In this document: piece by piece, positions 63,180-64,000 of the stretch
Layout: each line of letters begins with the position of its first letter
Position numbering within the stretch: position 1 is the first letter of the stretch
Origin: Planctomycetota bacterium
Lineage (GTDB): Bacteria; Planctomycetota; GCA-002687715; CAIWVZ01
DNA: 64,000 nt
Reading direction: 5' to 3'
Assembly (NCBI GenBank): GCA_044222185.1
Contig: JBGANV010000009.1
Location: 162,550 to 226,549, forward strand
The notes under the pieces: model-generated
Database searches by the model: none
The model's input: the letters and a program-made list of their open reading frames with translations, nothing else
Told to the model about the DNA's origin: nothing
Program-made: the position numbers and the translations under genes

Positions 63180-63604
63180 GCAGCGCTCCGGCTCCACCCG
63201 TGTTCGACGGCGCTGTGGAGGTACCAGGTGCGGGCGGACGGGTCCTTCACCTTGTCGATGAGCCTCACGAGATGTCCCCACGGCAATTTGTGCAGCAGCT
63301 GCTGCACGATTGCCTCATCCGGCCATGCGGCGGCCAACGCCCGCATGTACTTGAGGTTCCGTTCGGAGAACCCGTGGGCGTTCGGGAACGCTCGCCTCAG
63401 ATCGCGGGCGAGACGGCCGACGACGTTCGCGCCCCAACCGTCTCGCTCCGGTCTCGCCAGGATCTCTCGCCCGACGAACCAGTACAGCCCGACGAGTTCG
63501 CGGTTGACGGCGTCACACGCCCGAAGTTGCGCCGTGCGGATGCGGTCGACGAGTGACGTCAGGAGCTCGGAATAGCCGCGTGGTGTCGAGGCATGATCGG
63601 TCAT
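63180..63604 (-). pseudogene. Truncated DUF1016/YhcG gene (N-terminal domain only)
   Basis: AVNRELVGLYWFVG, WGANVVGRLARDL, GFSERNLKYMR, LPWGH, HGWSRS. Similarity ends there and the frame reads through the repeats to a stop at 62957; no PDDEXK domain. Confidence 0.8.
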
Positions 63605-63852
63605 GGCGCCATGACATTCCGCTGATCGGTTTCAGCCGACGAATGCAGCACTTTCTCTGCATCGAGCGTCGCCCGACGCGGGGCCTGAATCGTCGCCGCT
63701 ACGCCGATCGTCGCGAGTGAAGTGCGTCACCTCCGACAGACCACGGCGCCTCGGACCGGGGGATGTGACCGCGTGGGTTCGTTCGACGTGAGGATCCGCG
63801 CGTCAGTCGATCCCCTCGATCGCTCGCCACATCGCTCGTGTCCTGCGGCCCT

Positions 63853-63900
63853 GGAGCGCCAGGCGCCGCCTGGCCGGAAGGGCGAGGTTCTACCTCGCCC
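63853..63900 (+). repeat. REP-like double-hairpin repeat, copy D
   Basis: GGAGC GCCAGG CGCCG CCTGGC CGGAA GGGCGAGG TTCTA CCTCGCCC. Confidence 0.72.
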
Positions 63901-64000
63901 TGAACGTCGACGGGCGTCGATGACTCCCGCCGCTCTGCGCGGCTGCTCTCCCAACGCAACGCGCGCAAGGCTCGCACTCCGACATCGGTCCATCTGACCG

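Noticed and set aside
60192-63575. 1127-aa plus-strand ORF and other long Arg/Pro-rich ORFs (e.g. 8500..11238, 52219..54498, 12908..15067)
   Set aside because: Shadow frames of real genes in high-GC DNA, with no recognisable motifs.
62991-63900. CRISPR array interpretation of the palindromic repeats
   Set aside because: Copies are few, divergent, in both orientations and irregularly spaced, with no cas genes in the window.

Overview
GC-rich, gene-dense bacterial window. It is probably from an uncultured Planctomycetota: ECF sigma factors with Ser/Thr kinases, a DUF1570-like protein, FG-GAP secreted proteins and the prfB frameshift motif point that way, but this is inference. About 42 CDS; no rRNA, tRNA or CRISPR array seen. 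Housekeeping and metabolic genes include ppk2, prfB with its +1 frameshift, purH, etfAB, a Nif3/YbgI protein, TerC, PTS IIA, an aromatic acyl-CoA cluster and vapBC. Main points: (1) Four clustered exported proteins with unrelated passengers, plus one standalone protein, share a ~110-130 aa C-terminal domain, a candidate undescribed sorting or surface-anchoring module. (2) A membrane-anchored peroxiredoxin-like gene has an in-frame TGA at the redox Cys (UxxC) and a SECIS-like hairpin, so it is a probable selenoprotein that the ORF track splits. (3) An ECF sigma / double-zinc-finger anti-sigma pair converges on an exported TPR-CHAT protease. (4) Tandem kinase-TPR paralogues converge on an ECF sigma. 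(5) A double-hairpin REP-like repeat family with compensatory stem changes coincides with truncation of a DUF1016 gene. (6) A 2178-aa protein has an exact 555-nt repeat period. (7) A G13 tract lies inside a methyltransferase in a glycan-modification cluster. Family assignments come from motif recognition by eye, not database searches.
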